From: Prevotella sp.
Lineage (GTDB): Bacteria; Bacteroidota; Bacteroidia; Bacteroidales; Bacteroidaceae
Reading direction: 5' to 3'
DNA: 64,000 nucleotides
Assembly: GCA_017458225.1 (NCBI GenBank)
Contig: JAFTFX010000006.1
Location: forward strand, 76,103-140,102
The notes under the pieces are model-generated. The model did no database searches, had not been told where the DNA came from, and worked only from the letters and a program-made list of their open reading frames with translations. Below are positions 20,067 to 29,367 of the stretch, piece by piece. Position numbers and translations under genes: made by a program. Within the stretch, counting starts at the first letter, position 1. Every line of letters starts with the position of its first letter.

Positions 20067-21966
20067 CTATTCACAAATCCTGAAGCGCTATTGGGGATAT
20101 GACGGATTCCGTGGCATCCAGAAGGAGATCATAGAATCCGTCATTGACGGTCATGACACCTTGGGCTTGATGCCCACAGGCGGCGGAAAGTCGCTGACCT
20201 TCCAGATACCGGCGCTGATGAAAGAAGGTGTGTGCATCGTGGTCACACCGCTCATCGCCCTGATGAAGGATCAAGTCAGCCATCTGCTGCAAAAAGGCAT
20301 TCGCGCTGCAGCCATCTACTCCGACCTGCAGAAAGACGAGATGCTGCGCATTCTGGAGAATGCCATCTTCGGAGCCGTCAAACTGCTTTACGTATCGCCC
20401 GAAAGACTTTCATCTGAACTATTCCGTACCAAGTTGCGCCACATGAACGTCAGCTTCATCTGCGTAGACGAGGCTCACTGCATCTCCCAATGGGGCTACG
20501 ACTTCCGTCCAAGCTATCTGGAAATTTCCGATATTAGAAAAGACTTTCCTAACGCCCCTGTTCTGGCACTTACGGCGACGGCAACCCCTGCTGTTGTCGA
20601 TGACATTCAGAAACAGTTACATTTCCGCGAGGAGCGAGTCTTCCGCATGAGTTTCGAACGCAAGAATCTGGCATACATTGTGCGCTATGCCACCGACAAG
20701 GAAGACCAGCTCATACATATTCTGAAAAACACGACGGGATCGGCCATCGTCTATGCAAGAAGTCGGCAGCACACCAAAGACTATGCCGAAGTGCTCAACA
20801 AGGCCGGCCTGCATGCAACCTTCTTCCACGCCGGGTTGGAGAGTAACGAAAAAGATCAGCGACAGAAAGACTGGCAAGCCGACAGAGTGCGTATCATAGT
20901 GGCTACCAATGCCTTTGGCATGGGCATCGACAAGCCAGATGTCAGGTGCGTCATACACATGGACTGTCCCAGCAGCATCGAAGCCTATTTTCAGGAAGCC
21001 GGCCGGGCAGGGCGCGACGGTCAAAAAGCCTACGCCATCCTGCTCTACAATCGCAACGACTTCATCAAGATGCGCAAACGCATAGCCGACAGTTTCCCTG
21101 ACAAAGATTATATACGCAGGGTCTATGACAGTCTGGCTTATTTCTACCAAATAGGTGTAGGCTCGGGCTATAATGCCTACTTCGAGTTCCCCATCGACAA
21201 GTTCTGCTACACCTATGGCTACTTCCCCATTCAGGCCGACTCTGCCCTTAGAATCTTGGACCGTGCAGGCTATATCGAATACGAAGACGAGCACGACAGC
21301 CAGGCTCGTGTCATGTTCATTCTTGAACGCGACGAGCTCTATTTGCTCAAAGGGAACACTGCCAACGAGGAACGTGTCATAACTGCCCTACTGCGCAACT
21401 ACAGCGGTCTTTTCAACAACTATGCCTACATCGACGAAGCTTTCATTGCCCAACAGACCGATCTTTCAATGCCTGCCGTCTACTTGATACTGAAAGAACT
21501 TGCCGACCGCCACATCATTAGTTTCATTCCACAGAAGAAGGTGCCCCACATCCGCTATCGCCAGCGCAGGGAAGATTCACAATATCTGCAGATTCCCCCT
21601 GAGATCTACGAACATCTGCGCCAGCGACTAACCGACCGCGTTGATGCCATGATTCAGTATGTCAGCACGGAGAATCAGTGCCGCTCTCGTCAGCTGCTGC
21701 GCTATTTCGGTGAAGAACATACTGACGACTGTGGGCAATGTGATGTCTGTCTGGCTCGCAAGGATGACGATGTTTCCCGTCAGCAATACAAAACAGCACA
21801 GCAACAGATTCTTGATTTACTCAAAGACGGCAAGCGCCATCCCATCAAGGAACTCTACAACATTCCTATCCCTATGCATATCGTGCAGAACGCCCTCAGC
21901 TTCCTCATCGCTGAAGAACAGGTCTATCATCTGAATGGCGACTTAGTTCTTGGCAATGACGCATGA
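20056..21966 (+). CDS. recQ: RecQ-family ATP-dependent DNA helicase
   Basis: MPTGGGKS, DEAHCISQWGYDFRP, AFGMGIDK, QEAGRAGRDG and CGQCDVC motifs; GTG start overlapping recJ. Confidence 0.92.
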   Translation: MNSDYSQILKRYWGYDGFRGIQKEIIESVIDGHDTLGLMPTGGGKSLTFQIPALMKEGVCIVVTPLIALMKDQVSHLLQKGIRAAAIYSDLQKDEMLRILENAIFGAVKLLYVSPERLSSELFRTKLRHMNVSFICVDEAHCISQWGYDFRPSYLEISDIRKDFPNAPVLALTATATPAVVDDIQKQLHFREERVFRMSFERKNLAYIVRYATDKEDQLIHILKNTTGSAIVYARSRQHTKDYAEVLNKAGLHATFFHAGLESNEKDQRQKDWQADRVRIIVATNAFGMGIDKPDVRCVIHMDCPSSIEAYFQEAGRAGRDGQKAYAILLYNRNDFIKMRKRIADSFPDKDYIRRVYDSLAYFYQIGVGSGYNAYFEFPIDKFCYTYGYFPIQADSALRILDRAGYIEYEDEHDSQARVMFILERDELYLLKGNTANEERVITALLRNYSGLFNNYAYIDEAFIAQQTDLSMPAVYLILKELADRHIISFIPQKKVPHIRYRQRREDSQYLQIPPEIYEHLRQRLTDRVDAMIQYVSTENQCRSRQLLRYFGEEHTDDCGQCDVCLARKDDDVSRQQYKTAQQQILDLLKDGKRHPIKELYNIPIPMHIVQNALSFLIAEEQVYHLNGDLVLGNDA

Positions 21967-22067
21967 AACATGACGAATGGCAAACGCATAGAAGTTAAAA
22001 AACTCATATTTTAGCAAAAAGGAACTAAAAATACCAATCATTTAACTTCTGTTCTTGAAGGGTTTTG

Positions 22068-22106
22068 TACCTTTGTTACTTCGCAGAACAAGCTAACGTT
22101 CTGCGA
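22068..22106 (+). promoter_or_regulatory. -7 promoter box followed by a 5'-UTR hairpin
   Basis: TACCTTTG at 22068-22075; TCGCAGAAC-N8-GTTCTGCGA at 22081-22106, near the expected transcription start. Confidence 0.55.
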
Positions 22107-22119
22107 TATCTGAAAACAA

Positions 22120-24333
22120 ATGAAGTATATGACAAAACTATGGATTGCGCTTGTTGCGATGCTAACCATCAGCACGGGCAGCGCACAAGCACAGAATGAC
22201 GTGAGAATTAGAAAACAGAACATCAGTGTGAAGGACGGCCGAATGACGCCTGAGGCTCTTTGGGCCATGGGGCGCATCAGCAGCTATGCAGCCTCACCCG
22301 ACGGACAGAAAATTGTCTACCAGGTGGGTTACTACAGCGTGAAGCACAACAAGAGTCACCACGTGCTCTACATGATGAATGCCGACGGTACAGGCCAGCA
22401 ACTGCTGACCACCAGCGACAAGAACGAAACGGATGCCACTTGGCTGAACGCTGAGACGATAGCCTTCCTGCGCGGCGGTGAAATCTGGACAATGAAGCAT
22501 GATGGTTCTGACCGCCGACAACTGTCGCAGACTGACGGAAGCGTGGAAGGCTTCAAATTCTCACCTGACAGAAAGAAGGTCATCATCTTGAAGTCGATAC
22601 CGTTCCACGGCAGCATCATGGAGAATCCCGCTGACCTACCTAAGGCTACAGGCCGACTGGTCACCGACCTGATGTATCGCCACTGGGACCACTACGTTGA
22701 ATCCATTCAGCACCCCTTTGTGGCAGAAGTACAAACCAACGAAAATTCTCAACTCACCATTCTCGACTCACAATTGACTGACATTCTGGAGGGCGAGCCC
22801 TACGAGTGCCCCATGGAACCCTTCGGCGGCATTGAGCAGCTCGACTGGAGTACAGATTCAAAAACAATTGCCTATACCTGTCGGAAAAAGACAGGTGTAG
22901 CCTACTCTATCTCGACAGACTCCGATATCTATATATATAATATAGGTACGCGCGAGACCAAGAATCTCTGCAAGCCTGCCGACTACAAAGTTCCTGAGGT
23001 AGACCCCACGAAAACACTCAAGACACAGAGTGTGAACAGCGAGGAGAACCTGAAGAACCTGCCAGGCTACGACCAGAACCCGAAGTTCTCGCCCGACGGC
23101 AAATACGTGGCATGGCTTTCCATGAGCCGCGACGGCTATGAGAGCGACCGCCAGCGTTTGTGCTGCTGTGACCTAACCACAGGCGAGAAAAAATTCCTCA
23201 CTGAGTCGTTCGACTCTCACGTTGACGACTTCTGCTGGTCGGACAACAAAGATGCCATGATCTATTTCATCGGCGTATGGCATGCTACCGAGAACCTCTA
23301 CGCCATTAACTGGAAGGGCGAACTGAAACAACTCACGAACACCTGGCACGACTTTGGCTCGCTGCAGATGATGAACGACGGTAAGCGCATCCTTGCCGAG
23401 CGCCATTGCTACACGGCACCAGCCGATCTCTATGCCATCACGCCCAACTTCAAGAAGCCCGAGAAGACTGTCGTTGCTCAGATTACTGAGGAGAACAAAC
23501 ATATCCTCGACCAACTGGACAAGCCCACAGTTGACCAGCGCTGGGTGAAGACAACTGACGGACAGAAGATGCTCTACTGGATTATTCTGCCGCCGAACTT
23601 CGACGAAACGAAGAAGTATCCCACCCTGCTGTTCTGCGAGGGAGGGCCACAAAGCCCCGTCAGCCAGTTCTGGAGCTATCGCTGGAACTTCATGATCATG
23701 GCCTCGCAGGGCTACGTCATCATTGCACCAAACCGACACGGACTGCCTGGATTCGGCCAGGAGTGGCTGGAAGAAATCAGTGGCGACTGGACAGGACAGT
23801 GCATGAGCGACTATCTGACGGCCATCGACGATGCAGCCGCCAACCTGCCATACGTAGACAAAGACCATCTGGGTGCCGTGGGTGCCTCGTTCGGCGGCTT
23901 CTCTGTCTACTATCTGGCCGGTCATCACGACAAGCGCTTCAAGTGCTTCATCGCCCACGATGGTGCCTTCAATCTTGAAGCTATGTACACTGAGACTGAA
24001 GAGAACTGGTTCTCAAACTGGGAGTATGATGATGCCTACTGGAACCGCGATCAGACGGCTAATGCACGCAAGACCTACCAGAACTCCCCCCACCGATTCA
24101 TCGACAAGTGGGACACGCCCATTCTCTGCATCCACGGCGAGAAAGACTATCGCATCAATGCCACGCAGGGCATGAGCGCCTTCAATGCCGCTCGCATGCG
24201 CGGCATCGAAGCACAGTTGCTCATTTTCCCTGACGAGAACCATTGGGTGCTGAAGCCGCAGAACGGCATTCTCTGGCAGCGCACCTACTTTGGCTGGCTG
24301 GATCGCTGGCTGAAAGAAGAAGTTTCGAAATAG
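22120..24333 (+). CDS. S9 serine peptidase, dipeptidyl-peptidase 5-like
   Basis: Signal peptide, PD40-like propeller repeats, catalytic GASFGG, GEKDYR and DENHWVLKPQN. Confidence 0.88.
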   Translation: MKYMTKLWIALVAMLTISTGSAQAQNDVRIRKQNISVKDGRMTPEALWAMGRISSYAASPDGQKIVYQVGYYSVKHNKSHHVLYMMNADGTGQQLLTTSDKNETDATWLNAETIAFLRGGEIWTMKHDGSDRRQLSQTDGSVEGFKFSPDRKKVIILKSIPFHGSIMENPADLPKATGRLVTDLMYRHWDHYVESIQHPFVAEVQTNENSQLTILDSQLTDILEGEPYECPMEPFGGIEQLDWSTDSKTIAYTCRKKTGVAYSISTDSDIYIYNIGTRETKNLCKPADYKVPEVDPTKTLKTQSVNSEENLKNLPGYDQNPKFSPDGKYVAWLSMSRDGYESDRQRLCCCDLTTGEKKFLTESFDSHVDDFCWSDNKDAMIYFIGVWHATENLYAINWKGELKQLTNTWHDFGSLQMMNDGKRILAERHCYTAPADLYAITPNFKKPEKTVVAQITEENKHILDQLDKPTVDQRWVKTTDGQKMLYWIILPPNFDETKKYPTLLFCEGGPQSPVSQFWSYRWNFMIMASQGYVIIAPNRHGLPGFGQEWLEEISGDWTGQCMSDYLTAIDDAAANLPYVDKDHLGAVGASFGGFSVYYLAGHHDKRFKCFIAHDGAFNLEAMYTETEENWFSNWEYDDAYWNRDQTANARKTYQNSPHRFIDKWDTPILCIHGEKDYRINATQGMSAFNAARMRGIEAQLLIFPDENHWVLKPQNGILWQRTYFGWLDRWLKEEVSK

Positions 24334-24337
24334 CCCG

Positions 24338-24401
24338 ATAATGATATCACGTCATCATGACATAACGATATAACGCAATAACGACATAACGTAATAACGA
24401 T
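24338..24401 (+). repeat. Eight tandem degenerate octamers ATMAYGNN
   Basis: ataatgat atcacgtc atcatgac ataacgat ataacgca ataacgac ataacgta ataacgat fill the peptidase-MFS intergenic gap. Confidence 0.85.
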
Positions 24402-24410
24402 AAAATAGTA

Positions 24411-26039
24411 ATGTCACAAGCAATTCAAAAAACTCTGCGCGACTCTGCCGCCATGCGGTGGACCGCTTTGCTGCTGCTGGCCTTAGCCATGTTCTGCAGC
24501 TACATTTTCATGGACATCCTCTCACCCATCAAGGACCTGATGCAAGAGACCCGTGGCTGGGACTCTACTGCTTTTGGCACCATGCAGGGAGCCGAGGTGT
24601 TCCTGAACGTCTTCGCATTCTTCCTGATCTTTGCCGGCATCATTCTCGACAAGATGGGCGTGCGCTTTACGGCTGTTCTCTCGGCTGTTGTCATGCTGGT
24701 GGGTGCCTGCATCAAATGGTATGCCGTAAGTGACGGCTTTATCGGCAGCGGTTTGGAAACATGGTTCACAAACAACCTGAACTACATTCCTGGCTTCGAC
24801 GAATTAGGTGTCTCTCCCTTCTATCAGGGCATGCCTGCTTCTGCCAAATTTGCTGCCTGCGGCTTCATGATCTTCGGCTGCGGCTGTGAGATGGCAGGCA
24901 TCACGGTGAGCCGAGGTATTGTGAAGTGGTTCAAAGGCCGCGAGATGGCACTGGCCATGGGTTCAGAAATGGCACTGGCCCGTCTGGGTGTTGCAACTTG
25001 CATGATTTTCTCGCCATTCTTTGCCCGCCTGGGTGGTGAAGTAAGCGTCAGCCGCTCAGTGGCTTTCGGTGTAGTGCTGATGTGCATCGCCTTGATTATG
25101 ACCATTGTCTACTTTGTGATGGACCAAAAACTTGACGCACAGACAGGAGAAGTTGAAGAGAAAGACGATCCCTTCAAGATCAGCGACCTGGGTAAGATTC
25201 TGACCGATAGCGGTTTCTGGATCGTGGCTCTGCTCTGTGTGCTCTACTATTCAGCCATCTTCCCCTTCCAGAAGTATGCTGTAAACATGCTGCAGTGCAA
25301 CCTGTCGCTGACGCTTCCCGATGCCAGCTCGTTCTGGGCCAGCGATAATGTGACCTATGTGCAGTATATCGTCATGCTGATTGTGGCTGCAGCCGGCTTT
25401 GCCAGCAACTTCCAGAAAGACAAGACACGCCGCTATGGCCTGTTGTGCCTGTCGATTGTGGCTCTCATCACCTATTGCTACATGGGCTATATGCGCCAAA
25501 CGGCTGAGAGTATCTTCGCTGTATTCCCCTTGCTGGCCGTGCTCATCACGCCCATTCTTGGCAGCTATCTCGACCATCACGGCAAGGCTGTCACAATGCT
25601 GATTCTGGGTTCACTGCTGCTCATAGGCTGTCACCTGACGTTTGCCTTTGTCCTGCCCCTGTTCAAGGGCAATGCTATTGGCGGCATCATCATCGCCTAC
25701 GCCACGATTCTGGTACTCGGAGCTTCGTTCTCGCTGGTGCCTGCTTCGTTGTGGCCCTCAGTGCCCAAGTTGGTAGATGCAAAAATCATTGGTTCTGCAT
25801 ACGCGCTGATTTTCTGGATTCAGAACATCGGGCTCTGGCTCTTCCCCTTGCTCATCGGTAAAGTGCTTGATGCAACCAATCCTGCCGGCACCAGTTCTAC
25901 TGAACTCGACTACACCGTGCCCCTTGTGATGCTGGCCTGTCTGGGTGTAGCTGCCTTGTTGTTAGGCTTCGTCTTGAAAGCTGTTGACAAGAAAAAAGGC
26001 ATAGGTCTCGAACTTCCAAACATCAAGGAAGAAGCATAA
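24411..26039 (+). CDS. MFS transporter (MFSD1-like)
   Basis: At least 12 TM helices, motif A GIILDKMGVR, RW..L....MFCSY..D start and VKWFKGREMALAMG. Confidence 0.85.
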   Translation: MSQAIQKTLRDSAAMRWTALLLLALAMFCSYIFMDILSPIKDLMQETRGWDSTAFGTMQGAEVFLNVFAFFLIFAGIILDKMGVRFTAVLSAVVMLVGACIKWYAVSDGFIGSGLETWFTNNLNYIPGFDELGVSPFYQGMPASAKFAACGFMIFGCGCEMAGITVSRGIVKWFKGREMALAMGSEMALARLGVATCMIFSPFFARLGGEVSVSRSVAFGVVLMCIALIMTIVYFVMDQKLDAQTGEVEEKDDPFKISDLGKILTDSGFWIVALLCVLYYSAIFPFQKYAVNMLQCNLSLTLPDASSFWASDNVTYVQYIVMLIVAAAGFASNFQKDKTRRYGLLCLSIVALITYCYMGYMRQTAESIFAVFPLLAVLITPILGSYLDHHGKAVTMLILGSLLLIGCHLTFAFVLPLFKGNAIGGIIIAYATILVLGASFSLVPASLWPSVPKLVDAKIIGSAYALIFWIQNIGLWLFPLLIGKVLDATNPAGTSSTELDYTVPLVMLACLGVAALLLGFVLKAVDKKKGIGLELPNIKEEA

Positions 26040-26044
26040 AAGGC

Positions 26045-26154
26045 AAACTCTCCGAGTGTTTAAGTCAAACGCTCGGAGAGTTTCAGTTAAATACTCAGAG
26101 AATTCCATTGAAATACTCTGAGAATTCCATTGAAATACTCAGAGAATTACAGTT
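26045..26154. repeat. Five 22-bp units (17-bp imperfect palindrome AAAnnCTCnGAGnnTTn plus 5 bp); units 1-2 also form a terminator-like hairpin
   Basis: Units start at 26045, 26067, 26089, 26111 and 26133. AAACTCTCCGAGTGTTT...AAACGCTCGGAGAGTTT can pair. The array lies between convergent genes. Confidence 0.8.
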
Positions 26155-26156
26155 AC

Positions 26157-27110
26157 TTACTCACTCTTGAAAAGATCCTTGATACCGCCGATAGACCCCA
26201 TCAGGTTGGTAGCCTCGTATGGCAAGTAGACAGTCTTCGTCTTATCGCCTGAAGCAAGTTCTTCAAGCATCTGGATATATTTCTGAGCCAACAGATAGTT
26301 TGCTGGATTCGTGCTCTTTCCGACAGCCTCTGTAATCAGTTCGATAGCCTTTGCCTCAGCTTCGGCCTTGCGAATGCGAGCCTGTGCTTCACCCTCAGCT
26401 GTGAGGATAGCTTGCTGCTTGGCAGCTTCAGCACGGTTGATCATAGCCGTCTTCTCACCTTCAGATGCCAGAATCTCGGCAGCCTTCTCTCCCTCAGAGG
26501 TCAGAATCTGTGCACGCTTGTTACGCTCAGCCTGCATCTGCTTCTCCATAGCGTTCAGCACGGTCGACGGCGGAGTGATATCCTGCAACTCTACGCGGTT
26601 CACTTTGACACCCCACTTGTCGGTAGCCTCGTCGAGCACCAGCCGCAGCTTGTTGTTGATAGTGTCGCGCGAGGTAAGCGTCTCGTCGAGTTCCAGCTCA
26701 CCAATGATGTTACGCAGCGTGGTCTGCGTCAACTTCTCAATAGCGTTAGGAAGGTTGTTGATTTCGTAGGCAGCCTTGTAAGGATCCATAATCTGGAAGT
26801 AGAGCAGCGCATTGATCTCCATCTGGATATTATCCTTCGTAATCACGTTCTGCGAAGGGAAGTCGTACACCTGTTCGCGCAGGTCAATGGTCGACGAGTA
26901 GGAATAGCGGCCGTGATTGAGCACAACGATGTTCTTCGCATTGTCGATAAAGGGAATGATCCAGTTCAGACCCGGCTTCATGATGAACTTAAACTCTCCA
27001 AGTCGCTCAATGATTCTGGTCTCCGATTGCGGAACAATTACCAGAGCCTTCTTCACAATCACAATGGCCAGAACAGCCAGGAAGATTAAGAAATAGAATG
27101 TAAAATCCAT
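26157..27110 (-). CDS. SPFH/band 7 (QmcA/stomatin-like) protein
   Basis: IIERLG, PGLNWIIPFID, ITKDN, TTLRNIIG and QMQAERNKRA motifs; start ATG 27110. Confidence 0.92.
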   Translation of the reverse strand: MDFTFYFLIFLAVLAIVIVKKALVIVPQSETRIIERLGEFKFIMKPGLNWIIPFIDNAKNIVVLNHGRYSYSSTIDLREQVYDFPSQNVITKDNIQMEINALLYFQIMDPYKAAYEINNLPNAIEKLTQTTLRNIIGELELDETLTSRDTINNKLRLVLDEATDKWGVKVNRVELQDITPPSTVLNAMEKQMQAERNKRAQILTSEGEKAAEILASEGEKTAMINRAEAAKQQAILTAEGEAQARIRKAEAEAKAIELITEAVGKSTNPANYLLAQKYIQMLEELASGDKTKTVYLPYEATNLMGSIGGIKDLFKSE

Positions 27111-27145
27111 AGTTTTTAAATTATTAATTTGGTGAAACATTTATA

Positions 27146-27595
27146 TTAAAGATCTTGCTCGACAGTGAGGATGGTGCTCTCGCGGCCTGTTACGGTGACG
27201 CGCGCACCTTCAGCTATCTCATTGTCATCGACTGCAACGGCCTTCCAGCGGTCTCCATCAATGGCTACATAGCCCGAGCCCTTAGCCTGAATGGTCATGG
27301 TGACACGTCCCTTCCGGCCAATCAGTGCATCGGCATTGCTCACTCGCTTGCTGCCCTTGCCACGCAGGTAGCGAAGGGCGAAGGGGCGAACCTGCCACAA
27401 ACAGAAGAGGGTGACCACACTGAACACGATGAGTTGCACGTAGACCCCTGCAAAAGGAGCCGTGATAGCTGCTCCTGCAGCTCCGATGGCAATACACATA
27501 ATGAAGAAGTCGCCCGATGTCAATTCAAGAATCAAGCCCAGAACGGCCATCACCGCCCACACTTGCCACATATTGGCTAACAGATATTCAATCAT
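27146..27595 (-). CDS. NfeD-family protein
   Basis: N-terminal TMs followed by an LIGRKG...G.V.IDGDRWKA OB fold; adjacent to the SPFH gene. Confidence 0.88.
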   Translation of the reverse strand: MIEYLLANMWQVWAVMAVLGLILELTSGDFFIMCIAIGAAGAAITAPFAGVYVQLIVFSVVTLFCLWQVRPFALRYLRGKGSKRVSNADALIGRKGRVTMTIQAKGSGYVAIDGDRWKAVAVDDNEIAEGARVTVTGRESTILTVEQDL

Positions 27596-27623
27596 AAGCA
27601 TATATATTAATAAGGTGAAACAA

Positions 27624-28286
27624 TCAGAGTGAAAGTATGAAGTCGTCCCAGTCCTTCGTTGAGCCCTTCTTACCAAAGATTTTCTGATAGAGGCGGCTGC
27701 GCGTGGTGGCCACGCTTTCTTTGGAATGGGCTGTCAGCAGGGCAATGTCCTTTGGTTGGATGCGAATCTTGATGAGCAGGCACACGTGGTAGTCGTTGGC
27801 CGATAGTTTATAGAGACTATACAATTTATCAGTGAAACCGGTATAGATGCTGTCCACCAGCAAAGCTAACTGCTGCCACTGCTCGTCGCCCAAGCTTTTC
27901 CCTTCGCTCAGCAGTTGCTGTATCTTCAGGTACACATCAGAAGTAAAAATGTCTGTTTCGGCCCTTTCGCGCTTCTCGCTCTCTATGCGAGCCATCGTGT
28001 TGGCATAGTTCAGCCGTTCTTTTTTCTCTTCCAGTTCCAACTTCAGCATAGAGTTTTCAGAACCCAGCTTGGCGATGAGTCGCTCCAGTTCTTCTATCTT
28101 CTGCTTGTTGGCCTCTACATCCTGCGTTTCCTGCATGGCGCGGACTTTGTCGAGACGCTGTTGCAGCAACAGCACCTTGCGACGGCTGTTCTGCCACGTC
28201 ACCACGAAAAGGGCCACGTAGGTCACAGCACCTATTATTAATAGGAACAGCTCGCGCTGGGTAAGAATTGTCGTCGTTAGGTTCAT
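27624..28286 (-). CDS. Membrane-anchored coiled-coil protein with a C-terminal LuxR-like HTH (putative regulator)
   Basis: One TM, coiled coil, then W..L...VD..Y.GF...L...LS..D..VCLLIK....PKDIALL....ESVATTRSRLYQK, like the C-termini of Bacteroidales regulators. Confidence 0.65.
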   Translation of the reverse strand: MNLTTTILTQRELFLLIIGAVTYVALFVVTWQNSRRKVLLLQQRLDKVRAMQETQDVEANKQKIEELERLIAKLGSENSMLKLELEEKKERLNYANTMARIESEKRERAETDIFTSDVYLKIQQLLSEGKSLGDEQWQQLALLVDSIYTGFTDKLYSLYKLSANDYHVCLLIKIRIQPKDIALLTAHSKESVATTRSRLYQKIFGKKGSTKDWDDFILSL

Positions 28287-28330
28287 GTTGCAAATTTACG
28301 CTAAAAAAGCCAACACGCCAAACATTTTCC

Positions 28331-28413
28331 TTTGCAATAGTTCGCAATTTATCGGTTCTGTTTGCAAAAGTTTGCAAATTGTTTGGTGAATCAGTCATTA
28401 TTTCGTATTTTTG
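28331..28413 (+). promoter_or_regulatory. Promoter with four upstream TTYGCAA boxes
   Basis: Boxes at 28331, 28341, 28361 and 28371; -33 TTTG at 28382; -7 TATTTTTG at 28406-28413. Confidence 0.6.
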
Positions 28414-28459
28414 CCACAGGAAACGATAAACAAACCCTTATAAATTAAACTGATTTAAT

Positions 28460-29221
28460 ATGAAAAGACTCTACATGATTGCAGCCCTCACAGTGGCCAC
28501 ACTTACTGTCAATGCTCAGCAGAAATTGTACTTGAGCACCTTCAATGGTACTAACGTAGAGAAGTATGACGGACAGACTTGCAACGTCGTTGCCAACCGT
28601 TACGTGTTCAATGGTTGGAACACCGTCGCCCTGCCTTTCCTGATGACGACCGACGAACTGAACACCATCTTTGGCAATGACTGCCGACTGGAGCGTCTCG
28701 TAGGCGTGGAGAACGATGGCAATGACATCGTACTCAACTTCCAGGACTGCAAGGCTGAAGGTCTGCAGGCCAACACCCCCTACTTGCTCTATTATACTGG
28801 TGATAACGGAACCAAGAAAATAGAGAAAGAAACGCTGATCAGCAACGAGCCATCAACCGTTACGTTCAAGACCAACCGTGGCGAGACCGTTACAATGGCT
28901 GGCGCACAGACGCAGACAAAAGGCATCGGCTTCTACGGCATTCCTGCCAAGGACAATGCTGAGGTTAACTTCCGTAAGATCGACGAAAGCCTGAACGGAT
29001 TCCTGGCCACTCGTTGCTACATCCAGCTCAACTCTTCTACTGCTACCACGCTGAAAGCACGTCACTTGGCTGCAGGCGAGATTAGCGGCATCCAGACCAT
29101 TGTCAAGACTGGTGAAAAAGTGGAGGTCTACAACACCAATGGTGTAAAGGTTGCCAACAGCACACAGAACTTACAACCTGGCATCTACGTCGTGAGGGGA
29201 CAGAAAGTGCTGGTGAAATAA
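28460..29221 (+). CDS. Secreted protein with a short T9SS-type C-terminal domain
   Basis: Signal peptide; GWNTVALPF and ANTPYLL motifs; C-terminal SGIQTI...VYNTNGVKV...LQPGIYVVRGQKVLVK. Confidence 0.75.
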   Translation: MKRLYMIAALTVATLTVNAQQKLYLSTFNGTNVEKYDGQTCNVVANRYVFNGWNTVALPFLMTTDELNTIFGNDCRLERLVGVENDGNDIVLNFQDCKAEGLQANTPYLLYYTGDNGTKKIEKETLISNEPSTVTFKTNRGETVTMAGAQTQTKGIGFYGIPAKDNAEVNFRKIDESLNGFLATRCYIQLNSSTATTLKARHLAAGEISGIQTIVKTGEKVEVYNTNGVKVANSTQNLQPGIYVVRGQKVLVK

Positions 29222-29243
29222 GACATACAAAACTTGCTAATAC

Positions 29244-29277
29244 GATGAAGGGACTCCTGGTTGGGAGCCCCTTCATC
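29244..29277. terminator. Hairpin between convergent genes (probable terminator)
   Basis: GATGAAGGGACTCC-N6-GGAGCCCCTTCATC. Confidence 0.7.
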
Positions 29278-29282
29278 ATTAT

Positions 29283-29367
29283 ATCTTCAATTCCTCACGT
29301 TACTAAATCTTCAGCTTCTCACGTTACTAAATCTTCAGTTCCTCACGTTACTAAATCTTCAGTTCCT
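29283..29367. repeat. 3.5 tandem copies of a 24-bp unit overlapping the dapA stop codon
   Basis: ATCTTCAGTTCCTCACGTTACTAA-like units at 29283, 29307 and 29331, with a partial copy at 29355. Confidence 0.9.
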
